From positions 992,001 to 1,056,000 of the forward strand of contig OZ219866.1 of NCBI GenBank assembly GCA_964291675.2: DNA of 64,000 nt, given 5' to 3'. Under the pieces are notes generated by a model, which was given only the letters and a program-made list of their open reading frames with translations, did no database searches and had not been told where the DNA came from. Positions 39,449 through 49,931 of this stretch are shown here, piece after piece. The stretch is from Alphaproteobacteria bacterium (GTDB taxonomy: Bacteria > Pseudomonadota > Alphaproteobacteria > MPNO01). Every line of letters starts with the position of its first letter. Within the stretch, counting starts at the first letter, position 1. A program made the translations under genes and the position numbers.

Positions 39449-40194
39449 ACCCGGCCCGGCCGATCGCGGCGCTCTTCGCCCTGCTGCTGTGGGCCGCGCC
39501 GCCCGTCCCCGCCCTGGCGGTCGACAGGCTGACGGTGGACCTGTCCAGCGACGAGGTCGCGATCACCACCGGGTTCACCGGAACCGAGCTCCTGCTGTTC
39601 GGCGTCAAGGACGGGCCGGGCGACGTGGTGGTCGTCCTGCTGGGGCCGAACCGCGACGCGGTGGTGCGGCGCCGCGAGCGCGTCGCCGGGGTCTGGGTCA
39701 ACGGCGAGTCCGTCGTCTTTCGCGGCGTGCCGGCCTACTACCATGTCGCCTCGACCCGGCCGATCGAGAGCATCGCGCCGCCCGAGATCCTGGCCGCCAA
39801 CCGGATCGCCGCGGGCACGCTCGACCTCGCGGCCAACACCCGGCTCCCCGCGGCGAAGCGGGCGCCGTTTCGCGACGGGCTGATCCGCAACAAGACCCGC
39901 CAGGGGCTGTTCGGCTACCACCCGGGCGGGGTCACGGTGCAGGGCGAGCGCCTGTTCCGCACCACCGCCGTCTTTCCGGCCAACGTGCCGACCGGCCCCT
40001 ACCGGGTGAATGTCTACCTGTTCGACCGTGGTAAGCTGCTCGCGCGCCAGGAGACCGCGCTGATCGTAAGGAAGCACGGGTTAGGAGCGAGCGTCTTCAA
40101 TTTCGCGCATCGACAGTCGATCCTGTACGGCGTGGTCGCGATCGTCGTCGCGGTAGCTGCGGGATGGCTGGCCGGCGTCGTCTTCCGGAGTTGA
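39445..40194 (+). CDS. TIGR02186 family protein
   Basis: ATGA overlap with the TSUP gene. 'DLS...VAITTGFTGTELLLFG', 'VVRR.ERVAG.WVN', C-terminal TM. Confidence 0.85.
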   Translation: MNPARPIAALFALLLWAAPPVPALAVDRLTVDLSSDEVAITTGFTGTELLLFGVKDGPGDVVVVLLGPNRDAVVRRRERVAGVWVNGESVVFRGVPAYYHVASTRPIESIAPPEILAANRIAAGTLDLAANTRLPAAKRAPFRDGLIRNKTRQGLFGYHPGGVTVQGERLFRTTAVFPANVPTGPYRVNVYLFDRGKLLARQETALIVRKHGLGASVFNFAHRQSILYGVVAIVVAVAAGWLAGVVFRS

Positions 40195-40200
40195 CGGACC

Positions 40201-40725
40201 ATGACCGAAGCCCCGGCCTCGGGCGGCGGTTCCCCCGAACCGACGCCGGAAGACCCGCCCCAGCGGGAGCGGGTCTTCCTCTGCGTCGTCGATTCCAGCG
40301 AAGAAGTCCACGTCGCGCTGCGCTTTGCCGCGCTCCGGGCCAGGCGCTCGGGCGGCCGGGTGGCGCTGCTCTACGTCATCGAGCCCGGCGACTTTCAGCA
40401 TTGGATGTCGGTTGCCGAGAAAATGCGCGAGGAGGGCCGGGAAGAGGCCGAGCAGGTGCTCCAGGAACATGCCGCGGAGGTCGTCGCCATCACCGGCCGC
40501 ACGCCGATCCTCTATGTCCGCGAGGGCGCGCCCCGGGACGCGATCGTGCAGCTCATCGAGGAGGAGCCGGCGATCTCCATCCTGGTACTCGGCGCCGGCA
40601 CCCACAAGAAGGGTCCCGGACCGCTGGTCTCGTCGATCGCCGGCAGGCTGTCGGGCAAGTTTCCCATTCCCATCACCGTGGTGCCCGGAACGCTGAACGA
40701 CGAGCAGCTCGACGCCTTGACGTAA
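40201..40725 (+). CDS. Universal stress protein
   Basis: 'FL.VVD.SEE...ALRFA..RA', 'ISILVLGA', 'GPGPLV', 'PIPITVVPG'. Confidence 0.9.
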   Translation: MTEAPASGGGSPEPTPEDPPQRERVFLCVVDSSEEVHVALRFAALRARRSGGRVALLYVIEPGDFQHWMSVAEKMREEGREEAEQVLQEHAAEVVAITGRTPILYVREGAPRDAIVQLIEEEPAISILVLGAGTHKKGPGPLVSSIAGRLSGKFPIPITVVPGTLNDEQLDALT

Positions 40726-40733
40726 CCAAAAAG

Positions 40734-40742
40734 TTATCCACA
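40734..40742 (+). promoter_or_regulatory. Perfect DnaA box TTATCCACA
   Basis: Exact 9-mer in the intergenic region, followed by GANTC (40744-40748) and TTGAAC-N17-CAATCT. Confidence 0.6.
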
Positions 40743-40826
40743 AGACTCTTGAACCAGGGGGCCGTTCGGCCCAATCTGGACAGAGAGGAAACGGTTCAAC
40801 GATAAAGGGAGACTGGACCGGGGGTC

Positions 40827-41867
40827 GTGTATGCCCGCCGGCTTCCAGCAGATAAAGGGTTGATTGGATCGCGAGGTTGGCGAGCCGTCCGCCTCGGATG
40901 GCTGGCCGGGCTGTCGGTCGCTCTGGTTCCATCGGTCGCGGTCGCGGAGACCGATACCGCGCCGGCTGGCGATGGCGGTTTCCGGCTCTCATACCTTGAA
41001 CGCTCCCCGGTCGAAAGTTGGCGCGACCTCGGTCTCGGCCGTCGCGCGCCCGGCGGGACCGTGGAAGCCCTCGAGGCGCTGTTCGCGCGTCTCGATTACC
41101 GTCTCGACCGGGTGCGCGAGCGCGGCGTGGTGCCGCGCCTTCTGGTGCGCCGGATGCCTGATGGGTTGTCCCGGATGCGCGGGACCGAGCGGCGCAAGGC
41201 GCTGTTCATCCGCATCGCGCTGCCGTTGATCCTGACCACCAACGAGGCGATCCTGCGCGACCGGAGTCGCATCGAGAGCCTGCGGGCGGCGTATGTCCGG
41301 GACGGATTTCTGCCCGCCGGCGAAGCACGCTGGCTGTGGCAAGTTTTCGCCACCTACAACGTGAAGCCGTTCGATTTCGGGGAGCTGCTGTCCCGGGTCG
41401 ACATCGTGCCGCCCTCCCTCGCCGTCGCCCAGGCGGCGGAGGAGACCGGATGGGGCACTTCGCGGTTCGTCCGGCGCGGCAACGCGATGTTCGGCGAACG
41501 GACCTGGAAGAGCCGCGACGGGATGATCCCCCGGCGCAAGCGGCCCGGGGACAAGTTCCGCGTCCGCCGTTTCAGCCAGCTGCTCGCCGCGGTGGCGGCC
41601 TATGTGTCCAACCTCAACACCCATCCCGCCTATGCGGCATTCCGGGCGCGGCGCGGCGAGATGCGCCGGGCGAACGCCGTGCTGGATGCCAGCGCGCTGG
41701 CCGGCGGGCTGGAGGCCTATTCGGTGCGCCGGAAGGCCTATATCCGGACCGTACGCGCGATCATCCGCACCAACGCGCTCGCCGACCTCGACCGCCTGGA
41801 GCTCGAATCCGGCCAGCCGCAATACGCGACCGGCCCGTTCCCTGGCACGCGCCGCCTGGCCAACTAG
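40827..41867 (+). CDS. Bax-like glucosaminidase (GH73-like) domain protein
   Basis: N-terminal hydrophobic segment; 'RKALFI...LPLI', 'RVDIVPPSLA.AQAAEETGWGTSRF', 'NLNTHPAY..FR', 'L..YS'. Confidence 0.85.
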   Translation: MYARRLPADKGLIGSRGWRAVRLGWLAGLSVALVPSVAVAETDTAPAGDGGFRLSYLERSPVESWRDLGLGRRAPGGTVEALEALFARLDYRLDRVRERGVVPRLLVRRMPDGLSRMRGTERRKALFIRIALPLILTTNEAILRDRSRIESLRAAYVRDGFLPAGEARWLWQVFATYNVKPFDFGELLSRVDIVPPSLAVAQAAEETGWGTSRFVRRGNAMFGERTWKSRDGMIPRRKRPGDKFRVRRFSQLLAAVAAYVSNLNTHPAYAAFRARRGEMRRANAVLDASALAGGLEAYSVRRKAYIRTVRAIIRTNALADLDRLELESGQPQYATGPFPGTRRLAN

Positions 41868-42937
41868 GGCCGCGGCACCACGAACTGGGTGCCGAACCAG
41901 CGCCAGCGGCCCTGTCTGGCCGGCATGGTGCAGTTGAGGCGCGGTCGCCCGGGCGGGAACGCCCGGTTGAACCGCAGCTCCACCCGCGCCGGCCCGATGC
42001 GTTCCAGGCGAACCTTTCCCTGACCCGAGGCGTAGCATGTGAGCAGGTCGATATAGGCCAGTGCGCGGCCGGCCACGGTGAAGCCCACATTGGGCGGATT
42101 GCGGCCCGGCCCCAAAAGGCTGTCCGCCGGGGTGATGTCGGTTACCTCCAGGGGCAGCGCATCGGCGGCGAGACGAAAGCGCTCGGCGTCGCCATGCACC
42201 TCGTTCATCGGAAACCGCGGCAGGAAATGGAAGTGCGAACCGGGATGGATCACACCCGAATGGTGTCCCAGCGCCGCCGCGAACCCGTTCTCCAGCACCA
42301 CCTCCCGCACCGCGAGCGACATCGCTCCGTACGGGTAGGCGAAGAGCTCCGGTGTTGCGCCGAGCTCCTCCTCGAAACGGCGCGACGCGCGCTTGATGTC
42401 GCGGTCGTTGCTCTCGCGCCCGAGCGTCGGCATCTGGTTGTGCGACGCCGTCTGGTTGCCGATGGTCGCCCCGCCGCGCACCACTTCGCGGATCTGTTCC
42501 CAGCTCATGTAGTGCTCGCGGCCTTCGTCGATCGCATCGGTGGAGACGAACAGGGTGACGGGCAGCTCCGCCTGCCGCAGCCTCGGCCAGGCCTCGGTGT
42601 AGAAGGACAGAAACGCGCCGTCGACGGTGAGCGCCACCGTGCGGTCGGGCAGACTCCGTCCGGCCTTGAGCGCCGCCAGTATTTCCGGCAGCGCCATCAC
42701 GTTGAGGCCGCGTTCCGCGATCACCTTCAGATGGGCCTCGAACTGATCGATGCGGATCGCCGCGGACGGCACATTCCGGTCGCCGAATCTCTGATACATG
42801 AGAACGACGGCGGAGGTGGCGGCGGCGGCTCCGGTCAGGCCGCCCCAGCCCGTCAGGACGGCCAGCCCCGCAAGCGCGCAGCACAGCGTCCGTCGCAACA
42901 GCCGGCATGCGCATCCTGCTGTCGGAAAGCGTGTCAT
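41864..42937 (-). CDS. Polysaccharide deacetylase (CE4/NodB) family protein with degenerate active site
   Basis: Signal peptide; 'VLMYQRFG', 'ALTVDGA', 'P.TLFV', 'MSWEQIRE', 'GNQTASH', 'FAYPYG', 'LPRFPMNE'. Confidence 0.85.
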   Translation of the reverse strand: MTRFPTAGCACRLLRRTLCCALAGLAVLTGWGGLTGAAAATSAVVLMYQRFGDRNVPSAAIRIDQFEAHLKVIAERGLNVMALPEILAALKAGRSLPDRTVALTVDGAFLSFYTEAWPRLRQAELPVTLFVSTDAIDEGREHYMSWEQIREVVRGGATIGNQTASHNQMPTLGRESNDRDIKRASRRFEEELGATPELFAYPYGAMSLAVREVVLENGFAAALGHHSGVIHPGSHFHFLPRFPMNEVHGDAERFRLAADALPLEVTDITPADSLLGPGRNPPNVGFTVAGRALAYIDLLTCYASGQGKVRLERIGPARVELRFNRAFPPGRPRLNCTMPARQGRWRWFGTQFVVPRP

Positions 42938-43010
42938 GCGAGCCCTCACCAGGCGAAGGTTGCGCGCATTGAGCACCCGGGGCAAGCCCGACCTCCTGCG
43001 GCGAAGGGTC

Positions 43011-43562
43011 TCACATCATCGGTTCGGGAAGATCGCCGTCGCCGCGCAGGGGGTAGGACCGGGCATCGAACAGCTGATAGTGCCACCACTCATTGCGGTA
43101 GAAGTCCCAGCCCGCGGCGGTCATCAGACCGAGCAGCACCAGGCGGTTGCGCTGCGCCTCGGCGCCGACGCCCGTGCTGCCGTGGTGGGACAGCGGCGTG
43201 AAGGCGTCGAACGCCGTCCCCATGTCGAGCGGCGTACCGTCGCCGCCCAGCAGGGTCAGGTCGACGGCGACGCCGCGGGAGTGCGGCGAGCCCTTTCGCG
43301 GATCGGCGAGGAATTCCGGATCGGGCGTGTGTTCCCACAACACCCGCTGGGCCTCGGTCGGTCGAAAGGCGTCGAAAATGCAGATACCGAGACCGATGCC
43401 GCGCGCCAGGCGCACCGTCCGACGGAGCGCTTCGGCGGCGTCGCTGTGGAGATAGCATGCCGGGCGCGCATAGACCGGCCGGCCGGTGAAGTTGCGCGCC
43501 GTCGCATAGGCGATGTCGAGCGCGACATCGAACTCTTCGGGCGCGATCTCCACGAGCGACAT
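43011..43562 (-). CDS. ddpX: D-Ala-D-Ala dipeptidase (VanX/M15D)
   Basis: 'YAT..NFTG', 'DAFRP', 'SPHSRGVAVD', 'DMGT.FD', 'EWWHY'. Confidence 0.93.
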   Translation of the reverse strand: MSLVEIAPEEFDVALDIAYATARNFTGRPVYARPACYLHSDAAEALRRTVRLARGIGLGICIFDAFRPTEAQRVLWEHTPDPEFLADPRKGSPHSRGVAVDLTLLGGDGTPLDMGTAFDAFTPLSHHGSTGVGAEAQRNRLVLLGLMTAAGWDFYRNEWWHYQLFDARSYPLRGDGDLPEPMM

Positions 43563-43630
43563 GCCGCCCACCTTGCGATTTCGGGCACGCCACCATAGGA
43601 AGGGATCGAACCCGATACAATTCCGGCGGT

Positions 43631-44395
43631 ATGACCGACCGAACGCTGCGGCCAGAGATGCGAGCGGCCAATCCAACCCGGCAGCCGGAACCCGCCCTGC
43701 CGCTGCTGGCGATCGACAGCGCCGGCGCGGCCTGTTCGGTGGCGCTCTTGCGGGGCAGCGAGATCCGCGCCGCCCGGTCCGCCCGCATGGCGCGCGGTCA
43801 CGCCGAGGCGCTGATGCCCATGGTGGGCGAGGTGCTCGCCGAAGCCGGCACGCTCTATCGCGAGATCGGCTGCTTCGCGGTCACCGTGGGACCGGGATCG
43901 TTCACCGGCCTGCGCACCGGGATCGCCGCCGCCCGCGGTCTCGCGCTGGCGCTGTCGCGGCCGGCGATCGGCGTCACCGCGTTCGAAGCCGTCGCCCGCG
44001 CCGCGCTGCGCGCCGCGGCCGGGGACGGGGCCGACTGCCTCGTCGTCCTTGATACAAGGCGGGCCGATTTATACGCTCAACGCTTCGCGCCCGACGGCGC
44101 AGCGCTAACCGGGCCGCTTGCGATGATGCCAGAGCCGCTCGTCTCCTCGCTCGGCGCGGGGCCGCTGCTCCTCGCGGGGGATGCCGCGGCGTCCCTCCGT
44201 CCCCTGCTGGAGGCGCGGGGTATCGATTGCCGGGGCCGGACGGGCGAGGGCATCGCCGACGCCGCGGTGGTCGCCGAGATCGCCGCCGAACGCTGGCGCG
44301 CGCCGCCCGCCGGGGGGTTGCAGCCGCCACGGCCGCTCTATCTCCGCCCCCCCGATGCGATAAAGCCGCCGGGCGGCGGGCGGCTCAGGCCGTGA
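43631..44395 (+). CDS. tsaB: tRNA threonylcarbamoyladenosine biosynthesis protein TsaB
   Basis: 'LAIDS', 'GHAEAL.P', 'VGPGSFTGLR.G', 'PLYLRPPDA'. Confidence 0.95.
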   Translation: MTDRTLRPEMRAANPTRQPEPALPLLAIDSAGAACSVALLRGSEIRAARSARMARGHAEALMPMVGEVLAEAGTLYREIGCFAVTVGPGSFTGLRTGIAAARGLALALSRPAIGVTAFEAVARAALRAAAGDGADCLVVLDTRRADLYAQRFAPDGAALTGPLAMMPEPLVSSLGAGPLLLAGDAAASLRPLLEARGIDCRGRTGEGIADAAVVAEIAAERWRAPPAGGLQPPRPLYLRPPDAIKPPGGGRLRP

Positions 44396-44931
44396 GCGAA
44401 GCCTCCATCCAGCCGATGGCCGCGCACGACATCGAATGCGTCGCCGCCATTCACGGCGCCTGTTTCGAGGATTCATGGTCGGGCGACATGATCCGGCGCG
44501 TGCTCGGCACGGCAGGCGCATTCGGTCTTGTCGCGCGGCCGGGCGACGCCGCGCCGATTGCGGCATTCGCGCTCGGCCGGATCGTCGTCGACGAATGCGA
44601 GCTGCTGTCGCTCGGCGTCGCACCCCTCCAGCGCCGGCGGGGATTGGGCGCGGCCCTGCTCGATGCGGCGATCGCGCGTTCGGCGGCGATGCGCGTTCGG
44701 CGTTTCTTCCTCGAGGTGGGCGAGTTCAACGGCGCCGCGAGGCGGCTCTACGAAAGCCGCGGGCTGAGCATCGTCGGCCGGCGCGAGGACTACTACGCGC
44801 TTGCCGGCGGCGGCGCGATGGACGCGCTGACCATGCGATGCGAGCCGGTCCTTCCCGCCCGTCGCCACCCCGCTTCGCCGGCCGCCGAAGGCGCGCCGGG
44901 CGCATGCCCGGCTATGTCTTCGCGATCCTGA
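44392..44931 (+). CDS. rimI: RimI-like GNAT acetyltransferase
   Basis: GTGA overlap with tsaB; 'DECELLSLGV.P..RRRGLG..LL', 'FLEV...N..A..LY', 'GRR.DYY'. Confidence 0.8.
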   Translation: MSEASIQPMAAHDIECVAAIHGACFEDSWSGDMIRRVLGTAGAFGLVARPGDAAPIAAFALGRIVVDECELLSLGVAPLQRRRGLGAALLDAAIARSAAMRVRRFFLEVGEFNGAARRLYESRGLSIVGRREDYYALAGGGAMDALTMRCEPVLPARRHPASPAAEGAPGACPAMSSRS

Positions 44932-45181
44932 GGACCATGTCGCCGTCGCGCATCTCGCGCTCCCCCGCGATGCGGTCCCGCGCGGGGTCCTCGGCGAGCG
45001 GCCGCATCGCGGTCACAAGGTGGCCGAGCTCGGCGACCGATGCCGGCACGTTCTCGATCGGCTCGGCGCCGCGCAGGACGATCGTCGCGGTGTCTCCCGC
45101 CGCCATGCGCTCGATGAGCAGGCGCGTCCGCACGAAGGTCATCGGGCAGACATCCGCCGTAATGTCGAGAAAGTGATCCAT
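44912..45181 (-). CDS. TusA-family sulfur carrier
   Basis: 'LDIT..VCPMTFVRTRL..E.M..G', 'EP..NVP'. Confidence 0.85.
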   Translation of the reverse strand: MDHFLDITADVCPMTFVRTRLLIERMAAGDTATIVLRGAEPIENVPASVAELGHLVTAMRPLAEDPARDRIAGEREMRDGDMVLRIAKT

Positions 45182-45315
45182 AGCCGCGTCACCGCCGCGC
45201 CGCGCGCCACTATATCATCTCCGCCGAGACCGGCGCATTTCCCGGCGCGACTCTACATCCACTTTGACTATGCCAGCCGAACACCCTACTCTTTCTTTCG
45301 GTGGCGGAGCGCAGC

Positions 45316-45744
45316 ATGCAATCGCGGATAGAACAACTCTGCCGTGACAAGGGCATGAAGATGACCGAGCAGCGGCGCGCCATCGCCCGCGTGCTTTCGG
45401 ATGCGGACGATCATCCGGATGTCGAGGAGCTGCACCGGCGGGTGGTCGAGATCGACCCCCGGGTCAGCATCGCCACGGTCTACCGCACGGTACGCCTGTT
45501 CGAGCAGCAGGACATCCTCGAACGGCTCGACTTCGGCGATGGGCGCTCCCGCTACGAAGAGGTTGAAGGGCGGCATCACCACCACCATCTGATCAATCTC
45601 GAAAACGGTGAAGTGATCGAGTTCGAGAACGAGGAGCTTGAGCAGCTCAAGCGGCAGATCGCACGCGACCTGGGGTTCGATCTGGTCGGAGAGCGTCTCG
45701 AACTCTACGGCGTCCCCGCGGGCAGCGGGCGGAAGAGCAACTAG
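45316..45744 (+). CDS. fur: Fur family transcriptional regulator (Fur/Mur)
   Basis: 'MTEQRR.IARVL', 'DHPDVEEL', 'SIATVYRT..LF', 'HHHHHLI', 'RLELYG'. Confidence 0.92.
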   Translation: MQSRIEQLCRDKGMKMTEQRRAIARVLSDADDHPDVEELHRRVVEIDPRVSIATVYRTVRLFEQQDILERLDFGDGRSRYEEVEGRHHHHHLINLENGEVIEFENEELEQLKRQIARDLGFDLVGERLELYGVPAGSGRKSN

Positions 45745-45777
45745 CCCGACCCCGACAAGATCGGAGCCGGACCGCGC

Positions 45778-46629
45778 ATGCGGCATATCGAAACGGCCGG
45801 CAAGGCCGAACCGCTAACCCGTTCCGACGACGAGGCGACGCCCGGGGACGGCTTCCTCTCCCTGGTGCAGGGCGATCTGGAAGCGCGGCTGGCGTCGTCG
45901 CGGGGCGATGTGGAGGCGGCGCAGGCGCTGCGCTACCGGGTGTTCTACGAGGAGATGAAGGCCACGCCGTCGGCCGAGACCGCCGCGCTGAGGCGCGACG
46001 CCGATGCGTTCGACGCCGTGTGCGACCACCTGCTGGTGATCGATCCGGGCCGGCGCGACCTGCCGGGCGGGGTGGTCGGGACCTACCGTTTGCTGCGCCG
46101 CTGCCGGGCGCGGGCGCATGGCGGCTTCTATTCCGCCGACGAGTTTCGCATCGCGCCGTTCGAGCGCTATCCCGACGAGGTGCTGGAGCTCGGCCGGTCC
46201 TGCGTCGAGCGGGATTACCGCAACCGGCCGACGATGCAGCTCCTGTGGCGGGCGATCGCCGCCTACGTGTTCCACCACGAGATCGCGCTGATGTTCGGCT
46301 GCGCGAGCCTGCCGGGCACCGATCCCGAGTCGGTCGGGCTGCAACTCTCCTATCTCTACTACTACCATCTCGCGCCGCCGGCGCTTCGCCCGCGGGCCGT
46401 CGAGCACCGCTTCGTCGACATGAGAATACTGCCGCGCGAGGCGATCGATCCGCGCGCGGCGCTCGCCGCGATGCCGCCGCTGATCAAGGGGTATCTGCGG
46501 CTCGGCGCCTTTGTCGGCGACGGGGCCGTGGTCGACCACCAGTTCAACACCACCGACGTCTCGATCATCGTCAAGACCGATCTGGTCACCGACAAGTACG
46601 TCCGCCACTACGAGCGCGAACGGCGCTGA
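45778..46629 (+). CDS. olsB: Ornithine-acyl-ACP N-acyltransferase (OlsB-like GNAT)
   Basis: 'AAQALRYRVF..E', 'CDHLLV', 'VGTYRL', 'LELGRSCV', 'PPLIKGYLRLGA', 'D.QFNTTDV'. Confidence 0.85.
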   Translation: MRHIETAGKAEPLTRSDDEATPGDGFLSLVQGDLEARLASSRGDVEAAQALRYRVFYEEMKATPSAETAALRRDADAFDAVCDHLLVIDPGRRDLPGGVVGTYRLLRRCRARAHGGFYSADEFRIAPFERYPDEVLELGRSCVERDYRNRPTMQLLWRAIAAYVFHHEIALMFGCASLPGTDPESVGLQLSYLYYYHLAPPALRPRAVEHRFVDMRILPREAIDPRAALAAMPPLIKGYLRLGAFVGDGAVVDHQFNTTDVSIIVKTDLVTDKYVRHYERERR

Positions 46630-46632
46630 CCG

Positions 46633-47466
46633 ATGGCCGGCATGGTCTCCCCGCTGCGCGCCGTGGCGAAGATCGTCGTCTATCTCGCGGTCACCCTGCC
46701 GCTGATGCCGCTGCAGGCGGTGGCCCTGGCCTGCGGCTGGCGCCTCGCCGTCAGCCTGCCGGTCTTCTATCACGGCCTGTGCTGCCGCATCTTCGGCTTC
46801 GACGTGCGGACCCGCGGCACGCGCTCGACCGCGCAGCCCACGCTCTTCATCTCCAATCACGCCTCCTATATCGATATCGTGGTGCTCGCCTCCGTGATCC
46901 CCGGATCCTTCATCGCCAAGGCCGAGGTCGCCTCCTGGCCGCTCTTCGGCACGCTCGCCAGGCTTCAGCGCACGGTCTTCGTCGAGCGCCGGGGCCGCGC
47001 CGCCCATGCCCAGCGGGAGACCATCCGCAGCCGTCTCGAGCAGCGCGGGAATCTGGTGCTGTTCGCCGAGGGCACGACATCGGACGGGTTGCGCGTAAAG
47101 CCCTTCAAGAGCGCGCTCTTCGCCGCCGCCAGGACGGGCGGCGACGATGTGGCGGTGACCATCCAGCCGGTCTCGGTCGCCTATACGGGGCTCGACGGCA
47201 TGCCGCTCGGACGCAACCTGAAGCCGTTCGTCGCCTGGTATGGCGACATGTCGATGGCGGCGCATGCCTTCGCCCTGCTCGGGCTCGGCAGGATCACCGT
47301 CGACGTGCTGTTCCACCCCGTCGTGAGCCACGAGGCCTTCGCCACGCGGAAGGCGCTTTCCGAGCATTGCCAGTCGGTCGTCGCCGCCGGGGTATCGGCC
47401 GCGAATGCCGGGCGCGGCGACGACCGGGACGGCACCGGCGGGGCCGTGGCGGTCCCGGTTTCTTGA
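46633..47466 (+). CDS. olsA: Lysophospholipid / lyso-ornithine lipid acyltransferase
   Basis: 'NHASYID' (HX4D), 'FIAKAEV..WP.FG', 'FAEGTTSDG', 'WYGD'. Follows olsB. Confidence 0.75.
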   Translation: MAGMVSPLRAVAKIVVYLAVTLPLMPLQAVALACGWRLAVSLPVFYHGLCCRIFGFDVRTRGTRSTAQPTLFISNHASYIDIVVLASVIPGSFIAKAEVASWPLFGTLARLQRTVFVERRGRAAHAQRETIRSRLEQRGNLVLFAEGTTSDGLRVKPFKSALFAAARTGGDDVAVTIQPVSVAYTGLDGMPLGRNLKPFVAWYGDMSMAAHAFALLGLGRITVDVLFHPVVSHEAFATRKALSEHCQSVVAAGVSAANAGRGDDRDGTGGAVAVPVS

Positions 47467-47529
47467 CTCATCGGCGCCCCGTGCTAGCTTCGAATTCCCG
47501 CGGCGCGGCGCGGAATCGGGATTGCGTCA

Positions 47530-48917
47530 TTGGCAAGGCGGCTGTTCATCAAAAGCTACGGATGCCAGATGAACGTCTATGACGCCGGTCGGATGGCCGA
47601 TGTCATGGCGGCGGAGGGCTATGTCCGGACCGATCGCGCGGACGCCGCCGAGGTGGCGGTCCTGAACACCTGTCACATCCGCGAGAAGGCGGCCGGCAAG
47701 CTCTATTCCGATCTCGGCAGGCTGCGCGCGCGGGGCGCGGCGGGCGCCGCCCCGGTGATCGTGGTGGCCGGATGCGTCGCCCAGGCCGAAGGCGCGGAGA
47801 TCATGCGCCGCGCGCCATGGGTCGACGTGGTGGTCGGTCCGCAGACCTATCACCGCCTGCCCGAGCTGGTGCGCCGCGCGGAGGCCGGCGAGCGGGGCCT
47901 GCTCGACATCGACTTCCCGCTCGAGTCGAAATTCGACCGCCTGCCCGAGGAGGCGGCGAGCCAGGGGCCGGCGGCGTTCCTGACCATCCAGGAGGGCTGC
48001 GACAAGTTCTGCTCGTTCTGCGTGGTCCCCTACACCAGGGGTGCCGAGTATTCGCGCCCCGTGGCGGCCGTCAGGGCCGAGGCGGAACGCCTGGTCGAAC
48101 GCGGCGCGCGCGAGATCGCGTTGCTCGGGCAGAACGTCAACGCCTATCACGGCGCGGGCCCGGGCGGCGGCGCGGAATGGGGGCTCGGCCGGCTTGTCCG
48201 GGCGCTCGCCGAAATCCCCGGGCTCGCGCGGATCCGCTACACGACCTCGCATCCGCGCGACATGGACGCGGATCTGATCGCCGCGCATGGCGAGGTGCCC
48301 GCCTTGATGCCCCATCTCCATCTGCCGGTGCAGTCCGGTTCGGACAGGGTGCTCGCGGCGATGGGGCGCCGCCATACCGCGGCGGACTATCTCGATCTGG
48401 TCGACCGCCTGCGGTCGGCGCGGCCCGATATCGCCCTGTCGTCCGATTTCATCGTCGGCCATCCGGGCGAGGACGAGGCCGATTTCGAGGCCACCGTCGC
48501 CCTGGTGCGCGCGGTCGGCTACGCCCAGGCCTATTCGTTCAAGTACAGCCCGCGACCCGGGACTCCGGCGGCGACGGCCGAAGGCCGGGTCGACGAGGCG
48601 CGCAAGGCGGACAGGCTGGCGCGGCTGCAGGATCTGCTCAACGCCCAGCAGGCCGATTTCAACCGGGCGACCGTCGGCCGCGCGGTCCCGGTGCTGTTCG
48701 ACCGGCGCGGGCGCAAACCGGGCCAGGTCGCCGGGCGGACGCCCGCGATGCAGGCCGTTCACCTGTGCTGCGAAGATCCGCAGTCGCTGCTGGGCGAGAT
48801 CCGCGATGTCGTCGTCACCGAGGCGCACGCGAACTCGCTGGCGGGCGCGCTGACCGCCGGCCCGCCGCCGCGTTCTCCCAGCTTCGCCCATCGAGCGGCC
48901 GAGGACGCGCAACCGAA

Positions 48918-48921
<4 letters not shown>
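47530..48921 (+). CDS. miaB: tRNA-2-methylthio-N6-dimethylallyladenosine synthase
   Basis: 'YGCQMN.YD', 'NTC.IRE', radical SAM '[12 protein letters not shown]', 'HLPVQSGS', TRAM domain. Confidence 0.97.
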
Positions 48922-49925
<1,004 letters not shown>

Positions 49926-49931
49926 AGTCCG

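Noticed and set aside
40726-40826. Possible replication origin
   Set aside because: Only one DnaA box, a region of just 100 bp, and no extended AT-rich unwinding element or oriC-type neighbours.
43011-43562. Vancomycin resistance (vanX) locus
   Set aside because: No vanH, vanA or vanRS; consistent with housekeeping DdpX.
44049-44077. TTGATA-N17-TACGCT promoter-like sequence inside tsaB
   Set aside because: Weak match with no independent support; rimI is already translationally coupled to tsaB.
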